This document shows, piece by piece, positions 27,330-36,272 of a DNA stretch of 64,000 nt; the first letter of the stretch is position 1; each line of letters starts with the position of its first letter. The position numbers and the translations under genes were made by a program. The stretch is from a virus. Its lineage: Duplodnaviria; Caudoviricetes. The stretch is from the IMG/VR virus record IMGVR_UViG_3300014205_000224, positions 3,162-67,161 of that record; one strand, given 5' to 3'. Below the pieces are notes generated by a model, which was given only the letters and a program-made list of their open reading frames with translations, was not told the DNA's origin and searched no databases.

Positions 27330-28304
27330 ATGGCGAAGAAGAAAGCACCCAAGGCCAATGCCTATGGAATGGAGGCATACGCGGAAGAACAGGAGAGAAT
27401 AGCAGAGGAATTGCACAAGGAGATGTACACGGGGACAAACGATGACGGGGCTAACCCTCCGCTCGAACCCTCCGAAGATACCCCTCCTGTAGACGATCCC
27501 GAAGATACTCCGCCTGAACCTACCGAACCCAAACCGGAACCGCCCGTTGATGATTTCAAGCACAAGTACGAGGTTCTGCAAGGGAAATACAATACTGAAG
27601 TTGCTCGAATGGGCATGGAGTTGAGTGAGGTCCTTGAAAGGGAAGCGGCGTTACAGGGAGAGCTGGACAAGTACAAGAAAACCACGAAGCCTGACGAACC
27701 CTTGACCCGTGACGATACATTTGATGGAGATGAGGATGTTCAGCTTGTTAAGGAAGACTACCCCTCTCTCTACAGTGCGTTCACCAAGATAGCCAAGAAG
27801 ACAGCCGCTGATGTAGTTGGAGAGGTTGTCAAAAAGGTTGACACAGTTGAAACCCACGTCGTAGCCATGAACCGCAATGATTATTGGCAAGCGCTTGATA
27901 CGGCCATGGCAGACTGGAGGGAGATAAACCACAACCCGGAATTCTCATTGTGGCTGAAGGAAAAGGAGAAATACACAGGGGTACCGAAGGAAGTCCTCCT
28001 TGGCAATGCATTCAATACCTTCGACGTAGCCAAGACCCTGGAGTTCTTCAAAGACTTCAAGGCAACAAAGGGACCGGCTCCCGCACCGGCGGCAAGTGAA
28101 GAAGAGGAAGAAGAGGACATCGCTCCTCCCACTTCAAAAGGTGGCGTTCCTCCCCCGGCCAGTAGACAGACGAATCTCATCAAGCGCAGCGAGATAGCGG
28201 AGTTCTATAAAAAACGACAACGGGGCGCGTTCTCAGATGAAGACGCTGCGAAGATAGAAGCCAAATTCATCAGAGCAATACAAGAAGGGCGCGTCGTGAA
28301 TTAA
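27330..28304 (+). CDS. Capsid scaffolding/assembly protein
   Basis: Acidic Pro-rich N-terminus, FKHKYEVLQGKYNTE coiled coil, position directly upstream of the capsid gene. Confidence 0.75.
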   Translation: MAKKKAPKANAYGMEAYAEEQERIAEELHKEMYTGTNDDGANPPLEPSEDTPPVDDPEDTPPEPTEPKPEPPVDDFKHKYEVLQGKYNTEVARMGMELSEVLEREAALQGELDKYKKTTKPDEPLTRDDTFDGDEDVQLVKEDYPSLYSAFTKIAKKTAADVVGEVVKKVDTVETHVVAMNRNDYWQALDTAMADWREINHNPEFSLWLKEKEKYTGVPKEVLLGNAFNTFDVAKTLEFFKDFKATKGPAPAPAASEEEEEEDIAPPTSKGGVPPPASRQTNLIKRSEIAEFYKKRQRGAFSDEDAAKIEAKFIRAIQEGRVVN

Positions 28305-28316
28305 AAGGAGGTTACT

Positions 28317-28392
28317 ATGAGTGTAAACAGAATCACTGGACATCCTGATTATACAGCTGCTGGGACAAGTAAGTTCATCCCGGAAATATGGT
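28317..28392 (+). CDS. Major capsid protein, exon 1 (MSVNRITGHPDYTAAGTSKFIPEIW + t)
   Basis: AAGGAGG RBS; FIPEIW capsid N-terminal motif; in-frame stop follows unless spliced. Confidence 0.85.
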
Positions 28393-28978
28393 GGTAGTAG
28401 ACTGGCCATATTAAAACCCGCTCTGAATAACTGGAATCGGACGTAAGGTGCCGAAATCAGAGGGAACACACAGTACAACATCGCAGTTCGGAGGAATCCA
28501 TGAAGCGACCAAGTTGGAAATACATGGCAGGATTAGTTGACGGAGAAGGATGCATAGACATGCAAGGAAATGTAGACAAAAGGGATGGAAAGTATTATTG
28601 TAGGCCAAGGCTGAGAATAACCCTTTCTGGAATCCCTGGAGAAATGATGGTTCCTGTGTTTATAGCAAACTTCGGAGGCAGTAAGGAAATGAAACAGGGA
28701 ACGGCAGTCTGGAAAGATGCTTATACATGGACCCTGACAGGCAAGCAGCACCTCCGCAACTTCCTACAGAACATCGTCAACCATTTGGTTATCAAGAAAG
28801 AACAGGCACGATTAGCGATATGGTGGTTGGATAACCTTTTGGGCAAGCACGTCACTGAAGAAGTAAGACGCTTGGGAACAGACGAACTGAAGGCCATGAA
28901 GTGTGACCCGCACAGACTAAGTGAGAGGGCAGTCGAGAGACTGAAACGATAGTCGGGTTCTCTAATACAGGGAAATTG
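28393..28978 (+). mobile_element. Group I self-splicing intron in the major capsid gene
   Basis: 5' exon ends in U; P1 AATATGGT/GCCATATT with U.G wobble; P7 halves GACTA/TAGTC; terminal G; splicing restores IWSGKL in frame. Confidence 0.9.
28500..28952 (+). CDS. LAGLIDADG homing endonuclease (intron-encoded)
   Basis: YMAGLVDGEGCI single motif. Confidence 0.9.
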   Translation: MKRPSWKYMAGLVDGEGCIDMQGNVDKRDGKYYCRPRLRITLSGIPGEMMVPVFIANFGGSKEMKQGTAVWKDAYTWTLTGKQHLRNFLQNIVNHLVIKKEQARLAIWWLDNLLGKHVTEEVRRLGTDELKAMKCDPHRLSERAVERLKR

Positions 28979-29829
28979 CAGGCAAACTCCAGGTTAAATA
29001 CTACAAGACTACTGTCTGGACGGCAATCAGCAATACGGACTATCAGGGTGAGATCGGAAACGTAGGCGACAAGGTCTATATCCGCACTATCCCGACAGTC
29101 ACGATTAACGATTACGCCAAAGGACAGAAACTTAATTATGAACGCTTGGAGCAGGCGGATGTCGAGCTAACCATAGACAATGCTAAGTATTTTGCATGTG
29201 CAGTTGATGACATCGACGCCTACCAGGCCGACATTAAACTCATGAACATGTTCGCGGATGATGCAGCCGAGCAGATGAAGATCACGATTGATTCGGCTAT
29301 CCTCGAGGGTGTTATTACTGACGTTGACTCAGCCAATAAGGGCACTGCTGCGGGAGAAATCTCCGGTGGATTCAACCTTGGCGGATCGGCAGCGGCTGTT
29401 CAGATCACAAAGGGTAACGTCCTGGATTACATCGTGGACTGCGGTACGGTTCTCGATGAGCAGAATGTTCCCGAGAGCGGCAGGTGGATGGTTATCCCGT
29501 CCTGGATCGCCGGTATGATCAAGAAGTCCGACCTGAAGGACGCCAGTCTGACTGGTGACGGTTCCAGCGTTCTCCGTAATGGCCGAATCGGAATGATCGA
29601 CAGGTTCACCCTTTATCTCTCAAACAACATTCATACCGATACGGATACCTGGACCTGCTACAACGTCCTGTTCGGTACGAAAGCGGCAATCACTTATGCC
29701 TCCCAGATCACCAAGGTATCGTCCCTCGAATCAGAGACGACCTTCGGCCAGCTGATCAGGGGTCTTAACGTGTACGGCTACAAGGTCATTAAGCCGGAAG
29801 CCCTTGGCTTGCTGTATTGCCACAAATAA
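28979..29829 (+). CDS. Major capsid protein, exon 2 (spliced product about 308 aa)
   Basis: GKLQVKYY...NTDYQGEI...GDKVYI, VDDID, LDEQNVPESGRW, GRIGMIDRF, VYGYKVIKPEA. Confidence 0.9.
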
Positions 29830-29847
29830 CGAAAGGAGGTACAACAT

Positions 29848-30279
29848 ATGGCTACTCAGGATCTTACAGGAGGGACCCACGTTGCTGGTGGGATCGCCTA
29901 TGATGGAATAACCAAGTTTTGGGTCGCGGAAAGTACGGTGGACCTGGCTGGAGAGACTATTGCAGACAATGATGCAGTACAGTGTCTCGATATTCTCGCC
30001 GGAACCCATGTTCTTAATGTGTTCGTGGAGGTTGTTACCGCTGTTGGTGCAACTTGTACGGCAACTGTAGGTGATGGTAATGGCACGGCTTCTTGGGATG
30101 CTTCAGCGGATCTCAACGCCGCTGCTGGCACAATTACCCAGGGAAGAGGCGGAACCGACGCCTATGTTACGCAGGGCGGAGTAACTTACTCGTCAGCTGA
30201 CACCATTGATCTTTCATTCCAGGATGCCGCAACATCCGGGAAGTTTACGGTATCGGCACTGTGTGTTAAGGTTAGCTAG
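29848..30279 (+). CDS. Probable capsid decoration / minor head protein
   Basis: Beta-sandwich-like composition; directly after the capsid gene. Confidence 0.6.
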   Translation: MATQDLTGGTHVAGGIAYDGITKFWVAESTVDLAGETIADNDAVQCLDILAGTHVLNVFVEVVTAVGATCTATVGDGNGTASWDASADLNAAAGTITQGRGGTDAYVTQGGVTYSSADTIDLSFQDAATSGKFTVSALCVKVS

Positions 30280-30296
30280 CCGGAAGGAGGCAAACT

Positions 30297-30671
30297 ATGA
30301 GCAGATTTGAAGACAGACAGTTTGGCCAGTTGGAGATACAGGGTATCGCTGACTATGTTGGTGGCCAGGATGTCACTGTGCTTATGAAAGACTCCGCCGG
30401 AAACGTCCTTATGTGCACCGGGACCAGTACTCCTACTGGGTCAGGATACGCTAAGGGGTGCTTGCTGATTGTATCTGCTATTGGAACAGGCACTAGTGGT
30501 CTGTACCATAATACTGGAGACACCTCAACAGCATCATTCACGGTTGTTGCCAGCACGTCTGGCAGCTCTGGCAGCTCGGGAAGCTCGGGCTCCTCCGGTT
30601 CTTCTGGAACCACTGGCGCGGCTGGGTCGTCCGGTTCGTCCGGTACATCCGGTTCTTCTGGAACCTCATAA
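30297..30671 (+). CDS. Probable head-associated protein with a C-terminal (GSS/GTS)12 tail
   Basis: 12 G-X-Y triplets at 30561-30668 ending at the stop codon. Confidence 0.75.
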   Translation: MSRFEDRQFGQLEIQGIADYVGGQDVTVLMKDSAGNVLMCTGTSTPTGSGYAKGCLLIVSAIGTGTSGLYHNTGDTSTASFTVVASTSGSSGSSGSSGSSGSSGTTGAAGSSGSSGTSGSSGTS

Positions 30672-30698
30672 CAACACAGCGACATTACGCAGCAAACG

Positions 30699-30734
30699 GG
30701 GGAAGGTTACTACACCAGTGCCTTCCCCTTTTTT
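30699..30734 (+). terminator. Rho-independent terminator after the capsid operon
   Basis: GGGGAAGG/CCTTCCCC stem followed by T6. Confidence 0.8.
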
Positions 30735-30747
30735 CTAAGGAGGGACT

Positions 30748-31680
30748 ATGACTGGTACAGAGGTTATTACGGCTGCCAGGAGATGGCTCTTTGATGAAAC
30801 TACTCCCTATAAATGGTCCGAGGCAGAACTGACCGACTATCTCAACTGGACGCTGAATGAAATCGCCAAGGTAACGGACTATATCATAGACCCTTCAACT
30901 GTAGCCATCACTGAAATTGCAACGACAAAAGGGTATCAGGACTACGAGTTTGATACTAGAATCTTACAGATACAGAATGCACGTTTGGCATCTGAGACAA
31001 CTCCTCTTACAAAGACAACGCTGAAAGAGCTGAATGAGGCCATTCCATCCTGGAGATATGACTACAGGGTGACGGGTACAGATATTGGGTTTGAGGTAAA
31101 TTCAGGCGCTGATATTATACGATCAGTCACCACGGACCTCTCCGGCTTCGAAGTAGGCGATCTAATTGTGATATCAGGCGCGGGTTCATCCGGGAACAAC
31201 AGCATGTTCGAGGTGGCTTCGGCTACCACGGCTGCGATTACGCTTGTTACTACAGACACGCTGATATCGGAAACATCCGGCAGTTCAATCACCATTACAA
31301 ACCCCGATGCAGATGACCCTGAGAAGTATTTGCTGGACTACCGCCAGGGATACATCACACTTTACCCCTGTCCTACCTCTGCTGATCGAGTCATCTTTGA
31401 GACCGTGACGCTTCCTGGCACCGCCTATTCCTATGGGACGGGCGGCACTTCAAGCAATCTTGGAACACTGGCCCTCCCCGTTCGCTATGACTATCACTTG
31501 GACCTGATTGATGGCATCCTGTGCAAAGCCTACCGCAAGTCCACACCGTCCTGTTACAACATCGAGAAAGCACGAGAGCACGAAGCCCAGTTCAAGAAAC
31601 TGCTCCAGAAAATAATCAAGGACGGTATCAAGTTAAAACGTAAACAAGGCAACCTTACACCCCATCTAGGAGCAATATAA
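30748..31680 (+). CDS. Head-tail adaptor / tail tubular protein A-like
   Basis: VITAARRWLFDE...WSEAELTDYLN; position in the module. Confidence 0.7.
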   Translation: MTGTEVITAARRWLFDETTPYKWSEAELTDYLNWTLNEIAKVTDYIIDPSTVAITEIATTKGYQDYEFDTRILQIQNARLASETTPLTKTTLKELNEAIPSWRYDYRVTGTDIGFEVNSGADIIRSVTTDLSGFEVGDLIVISGAGSSGNNSMFEVASATTAAITLVTTDTLISETSGSSITITNPDADDPEKYLLDYRQGYITLYPCPTSADRVIFETVTLPGTAYSYGTGGTSSNLGTLALPVRYDYHLDLIDGILCKAYRKSTPSCYNIEKAREHEAQFKKLLQKIIKDGIKLKRKQGNLTPHLGAI

Positions 31681-34211
31681 TGGCAACTGTCATCAATCCA
31701 TTCCAGGAAGTATCATCCCAGAAGGTAGAAGGTGCTCTACAGATACCTGCCGCATTGTCCATTCCGTTTGTTGATGGCATGGATATAGTGCGCGATCCCT
31801 CGATGCTGAACGTCGGGAGGTACTCTGACATACAGAATATGAGGCCACTGAGACCTGGATTCACCAAACGCAAAGGCCAGGCTGTGCTACATAGTACAGC
31901 AGGAGGCGGGACGGCTGGTACCGACACAGTTGTCAATCTCGGTATGTTCAGCAAGGGACGTAAGTCCGAGGTCAAGTTCTACAGCCAGTTCTCCGGCGGT
32001 ACAGTCCAGCAAGCCACCAGCAATCCCCCTACAGTAACAGGCGGTGCATTCGGTGCCACTGTATATACCTGTTCTGATCCGGCCAACATGATCCCTGCAT
32101 GCTTTGAGAACCTGAAGGACAGACTGATATACTGTGATGGAACAGAAGTCCCCCGTATATACTCAGGTGACGCGGAGAGGGTCTCAAGAGCAATCGTATA
32201 TAAATCAACTGGTACAGCAGGAACAGCAGGCACAATTCCGATTATCCCCTTACTTGGCCAGGACTATACCCCCCAGCTCTGGGACTCCGGCACATCGTCC
32301 GTTATAGTCATGGACAACTTTGATATACTCACCAATCCCGATGCACTCTTCATCATGACAGACATACCATGTGACAAGTTTACCTTTACCATAGACAAGG
32401 CGAACACTGGAACCTCAGCCGGACAGATGCACTATTGGAATGGTACCTGGACTACAGCAGGGAGCTTTTCGGATGGTACGGTGGTTTCAAACTGTTCAAT
32501 GGGAACCTCTGGCACAATGTCCTGGACCATGCCTACTGATGTCATACCCCACTATATGTTCGGGTATCCCGGATTCTGGTGGAGGTACTCGTTGGCTTCA
32601 GGAGTATTCGACAGCGAGGTTGAAGTATCCGACATATCCTTTGAATCAGACTGGGTAAACATCCAGAACATGTGGGATGGTACACCACTGATCTGTTCCG
32701 AAGCCTATGAATATATCGCTGCTGACACGGTATACTACTTCTATTCTGGAGTAGCTGTCACAGTTGGTGGTATGACTACTTCGGACAAGTTGTATATCTG
32801 TTCTCCTTTGCCTGTTGTTGCGATATACGCTGATGTGGGCGCTACTGCTAATGAAGTGGATGCAACGCTTACGGTCAAGTACTACCAGAACGGAAACACA
32901 TGGACCACTGTCAGTAACATGTCAGATGGGACCAGTGAGGGTGGGCAGACATTTGGGAAGAACGGATGGATTACGTTCTCTCATCCTGCTGATGAATTTC
33001 CGACACTATTCCAGTCATCCACACTGTACTACTACTGGTATGAACTGACGTTCTCTGCGACATTGACTGCTACCACTGTTGCATCATTCTCATTCATGCC
33101 TTATCTCAGCCTCATTGAATATGGCAACTGTGTCAACGCCTGTGCATGGAAGGGCCGCATGTCTTATGCGTTCGAGCTAGTACCCGGCTATGTCTGGATA
33201 TCAGCATATGAACAGCCCATGGTTCTATCCGGTGATGATTCAACAGTCCAGGAAATAGGTGATGGAAGACTCAATCCAGTCACCGCCCAATGTAATTTCC
33301 ATGGCGAGTTAATGGTATTTCAGGAGGAACGAGGCGAGGAAGGCGGCTGCATCTCTCTCATCCAGGGTTACAACCCCGCTACTTTTGGCAAGTACCTCAT
33401 CTCCATAAAGCACGGGACATTCAGCCAGAAGTCCATAGTTGTAGTTGAGGGTCTGCCATTCAACAAGAACATGTCTAGTCCCGATGACGTCCAGAACTCC
33501 AGTGAAGTTACCTTTGTATTCTTCCTGTCCCATGATGGACTTGGCGTTACCGATGGCCGGCGTGCAGCGTTCGTCTCAGAGAAAGTCCACAAGTACTTCG
33601 ACGCCAGGGAAGCCAGCTGCATCAGACGAGGCTACGAAAAGGAAATGTGGGTTGGCTGGGATTCCGCGCATAGGCTGGTTCGTGTTGGCCTAGTAACTGG
33701 ATCTACTGCCACAAAATGCAATACCTTCCTAGCCTATGACCCGTTCACTGGCAGTTGGTATCATGATGTGCTTGGGCAAGAGTTGTCCTGCTGCACCGAA
33801 GTCGAGGCTTCATCTGGCACAGCCCCTGTTGTCCAAGTCGGAGGAGGAACCAATGACGGAACCGTTTACCTTCTTAATAGTACTACTAATGATGTCAGCA
33901 CTGCTATTGACGGATACGCGATGATGGAGTTCAATTACATGCTGGGAATCCTTCATATGCGCGAGATGATGTTGAAGACAACTGCAACTGCCGGCACCTG
34001 CACCGTCACTCCATACATAAATGGTGTGGCTGGCTCGTCCCGTACATACGACATGACAGCAGAGCGTACCAACGAAACCATCCGACGCAGTAGACAGAGT
34101 ATGAATCTGGAGGGCAGCCGGTTGTCACTAAAGTTCCAGAACAACACAGGAACCCAAGGCATGGACCTCCTCGCAACAGGGTGCGAGCTGTTCGTTTATG
34201 AAGATAAATAG
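31680..34211 (+). CDS. Tail nozzle / DNA stabilisation protein (tubular protein B or P22 gp10-like)
   Basis: 843 aa, beta-propeller-like composition, follows the adaptor. Confidence 0.7.
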   Translation: MATVINPFQEVSSQKVEGALQIPAALSIPFVDGMDIVRDPSMLNVGRYSDIQNMRPLRPGFTKRKGQAVLHSTAGGGTAGTDTVVNLGMFSKGRKSEVKFYSQFSGGTVQQATSNPPTVTGGAFGATVYTCSDPANMIPACFENLKDRLIYCDGTEVPRIYSGDAERVSRAIVYKSTGTAGTAGTIPIIPLLGQDYTPQLWDSGTSSVIVMDNFDILTNPDALFIMTDIPCDKFTFTIDKANTGTSAGQMHYWNGTWTTAGSFSDGTVVSNCSMGTSGTMSWTMPTDVIPHYMFGYPGFWWRYSLASGVFDSEVEVSDISFESDWVNIQNMWDGTPLICSEAYEYIAADTVYYFYSGVAVTVGGMTTSDKLYICSPLPVVAIYADVGATANEVDATLTVKYYQNGNTWTTVSNMSDGTSEGGQTFGKNGWITFSHPADEFPTLFQSSTLYYYWYELTFSATLTATTVASFSFMPYLSLIEYGNCVNACAWKGRMSYAFELVPGYVWISAYEQPMVLSGDDSTVQEIGDGRLNPVTAQCNFHGELMVFQEERGEEGGCISLIQGYNPATFGKYLISIKHGTFSQKSIVVVEGLPFNKNMSSPDDVQNSSEVTFVFFLSHDGLGVTDGRRAAFVSEKVHKYFDAREASCIRRGYEKEMWVGWDSAHRLVRVGLVTGSTATKCNTFLAYDPFTGSWYHDVLGQELSCCTEVEASSGTAPVVQVGGGTNDGTVYLLNSTTNDVSTAIDGYAMMEFNYMLGILHMREMMLKTTATAGTCTVTPYINGVAGSSRTYDMTAERTNETIRRSRQSMNLEGSRLSLKFQNNTGTQGMDLLATGCELFVYEDK

Positions 34212-35370
34212 ATATCTCACAGCAAAAGGAAAGGCTTACAATCCGACGTATGCCACGGCTCGTCAAAGGGGACAGGACTATGCCAAACTCCCAATGAGTT
34301 CTGGCGACTACTATGACTTTGCCACGGCTACGTCCGACCAGGAAATGCTGTTCAACAGCCAATACAAGCACTCGGAGTTCAAGGCCCCACAAGGAACAGA
34401 CGACTACTTTGACATGGATTCCCAGTACAATTACCAGTTTGATTATCCTGGCTTGTGGGGAGATATTCCAGGTGGAAGTTTGCCATGGAGCCCCAAAGGC
34501 AAAGAGCCTGAACCTGATCCTGGAATCATAGTGTGTAATTGCTCGGATGGCTCATACTGCCCTGGAGCGGTAAGTTGCTTTGAGATTACCTGTACATACG
34601 ATATGGCGGGAGTCAGTTGTTCCTCCTATGACCCACGGTTCAAACTATTGTCCTTCAAGTCCGTCGTCGGCCAGAAGTATGACGTGTCCCACAAAGGCGA
34701 ACTCTGCCTCTGGACTCCAGCAGGCTACAATGCCATCATATATTGTTACTTCACACTGACTTCAAGAACCCAGGCTCCCTGCATCGGCATGTCCCGCATT
34801 GATGGATTCGGATGCAAATGTAACAAGGAGGTCATTGTAGCAACCAGTGGACAGATGAATGTGAACACCAGTCAGTCACTTGGCATACAGAATACTCAAC
34901 CTGGCCAGGAATATACCTGGATGATTATCTCTGGAGGAGGATCGTTAAGTCCTTTAACAGGAGCAAGCACAACATATACCGCGCCTGCTTCCAACCCCAG
35001 TTGCAATGCCAATACCACAATCGGAGTCTTCGTAGGTGGCCAATTATGTTCAAGCGTATACATCACAATCAATGGATGGTCTGGCAATGGATGCGCCTAT
35101 GTCCAGTGTGCTGCTAATACAACTCAGTGGTATCTTACTTATCCATCGTGTTCCCGCGCATGGAGATGTGATGGTGTAGGGGATGTTTTCGGAGCATGTT
35201 CGGGAGGGGAAAGTTATACGTCTTCTTCTGTTTTCTGTAACTGGTGGCCGGTCCAAAATAACTACAAATGGAACAATGTTCTATGCAATGGAGCATATTC
35301 TTACGGGATCAACGATTCTAGGACAGCCGAAATGATAGCTGGAGGATGTTGTCCCAGTGCATTATTCTAA
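34198..35370 (+). CDS. Cys-rich putative virion protein with an Ig-like segment
   Basis: More than 20 Cys; YTW.I.SGGGSL...TYTAP segment. Confidence 0.6.
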   Translation: MKINRYLTAKGKAYNPTYATARQRGQDYAKLPMSSGDYYDFATATSDQEMLFNSQYKHSEFKAPQGTDDYFDMDSQYNYQFDYPGLWGDIPGGSLPWSPKGKEPEPDPGIIVCNCSDGSYCPGAVSCFEITCTYDMAGVSCSSYDPRFKLLSFKSVVGQKYDVSHKGELCLWTPAGYNAIIYCYFTLTSRTQAPCIGMSRIDGFGCKCNKEVIVATSGQMNVNTSQSLGIQNTQPGQEYTWMIISGGGSLSPLTGASTTYTAPASNPSCNANTTIGVFVGGQLCSSVYITINGWSGNGCAYVQCAANTTQWYLTYPSCSRAWRCDGVGDVFGACSGGESYTSSSVFCNWWPVQNNYKWNNVLCNGAYSYGINDSRTAEMIAGGCCPSALF

Positions 35371-35379
35371 GGAGAACAT

Positions 35380-35754
35380 ATGAAAAAACTAACGCCAGAG
35401 GAATTCCAGGATAGAGTCGAAGCTATTGCGAGGGCCGAGAAGATATTCGTAGGCAGTGGCATAACGAATAATATCACCGAAGCCTTTAAGATATACCAGA
35501 CCGTCTTTGCAGAGAGGGAGCGACAGATTCTCCTGATGTCCGAGCATCTTCGTAACCCTTCAATATTCGACAAGTTTCATCGCCCCCTCTGTCCAGATTG
35601 TTCCAACGAGATGTTGTTCCGTCTGGTTCCTGAGAATGATGAAGGAGTAAAGACACAGCTTGTATGTTCCAATCCTCTTTGTGATGTGGTGCTAAACAGT
35701 GACAAGTCTGTGGATGACTGGATTGAAGTACTGACCAAGAAATCAGGAGAGTAA
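35380..35754 (+). CDS. Zn-ribbon hypothetical protein
   Basis: CPDC...CSNPLC. Confidence 0.65.
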   Translation: MKKLTPEEFQDRVEAIARAEKIFVGSGITNNITEAFKIYQTVFAERERQILLMSEHLRNPSIFDKFHRPLCPDCSNEMLFRLVPENDEGVKTQLVCSNPLCDVVLNSDKSVDDWIEVLTKKSGE

Positions 35755-35755
35755 T

Positions 35756-35950
35756 ATGGATGTAGCCGAATTGTTAAAAGGACTCAAGAGGTCCAGCAAA
35801 AGTGACGATCCCCCTGGTACAGTCATCGGGTTCATAGACGAGGTCTGCCCCAACTGTGGGAAGCGAATGAAGAAATACAAACCGTGCTGTGGCGCACCCA
35901 ATGGATTCAAAGGATGCTCATGTGGATATCGGATAGAGTTACAGTATTAG
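35756..35950 (+). CDS. Small Zn-ribbon protein
   Basis: CPNC...CCG...CSCG. Confidence 0.6.
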   Translation: MDVAELLKGLKRSSKSDDPPGTVIGFIDEVCPNCGKRMKKYKPCCGAPNGFKGCSCGYRIELQY

Positions 35951-36270
35951 TATTATTGGTGATTACTTGTGAGGCGATGGTCCAGCTATGGTTCTGGGCT
36001 GCCCCGTTGCAGTACATCCGCCAAAAGCTGATTAAATTCACACCGTTCCTGTACTCAACGGATCAAGATACCCATCTCCTCGACTGCAAATACTGTGTCT
36101 CTGTCTACTGCGGACTCATCTGCGCATTTTTATACTTGATTTTTGACAATATTATGGTACAGTTATTTGTAATAGCTATGACTGTGCATAGGGTCAGTAA
36201 CTGGTTGCATCTTGTGTTCAGTTTCATCCGGGACAAACAGTTTGATATCCGGGTCAACAGAAGGAGGTAG
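35884..36270 (+). CDS. DUF1360-like membrane protein (true start probably later)
   Basis: LLDCKYCVSVY motif with transmembrane helices. Confidence 0.6.
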   Translation: MLWRTQWIQRMLMWISDRVTVLVLLVITCEAMVQLWFWAAPLQYIRQKLIKFTPFLYSTDQDTHLLDCKYCVSVYCGLICAFLYLIFDNIMVQLFVIAMTVHRVSNWLHLVFSFIRDKQFDIRVNRRR

Positions 36271-36272
36271 TT

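Noticed and set aside
29146-29829. 227-aa ORF as the complete major capsid protein
   Set aside because: It has no RBS, the open frame extends upstream to 28979, and the true N-terminus is exon 1 at 28317.
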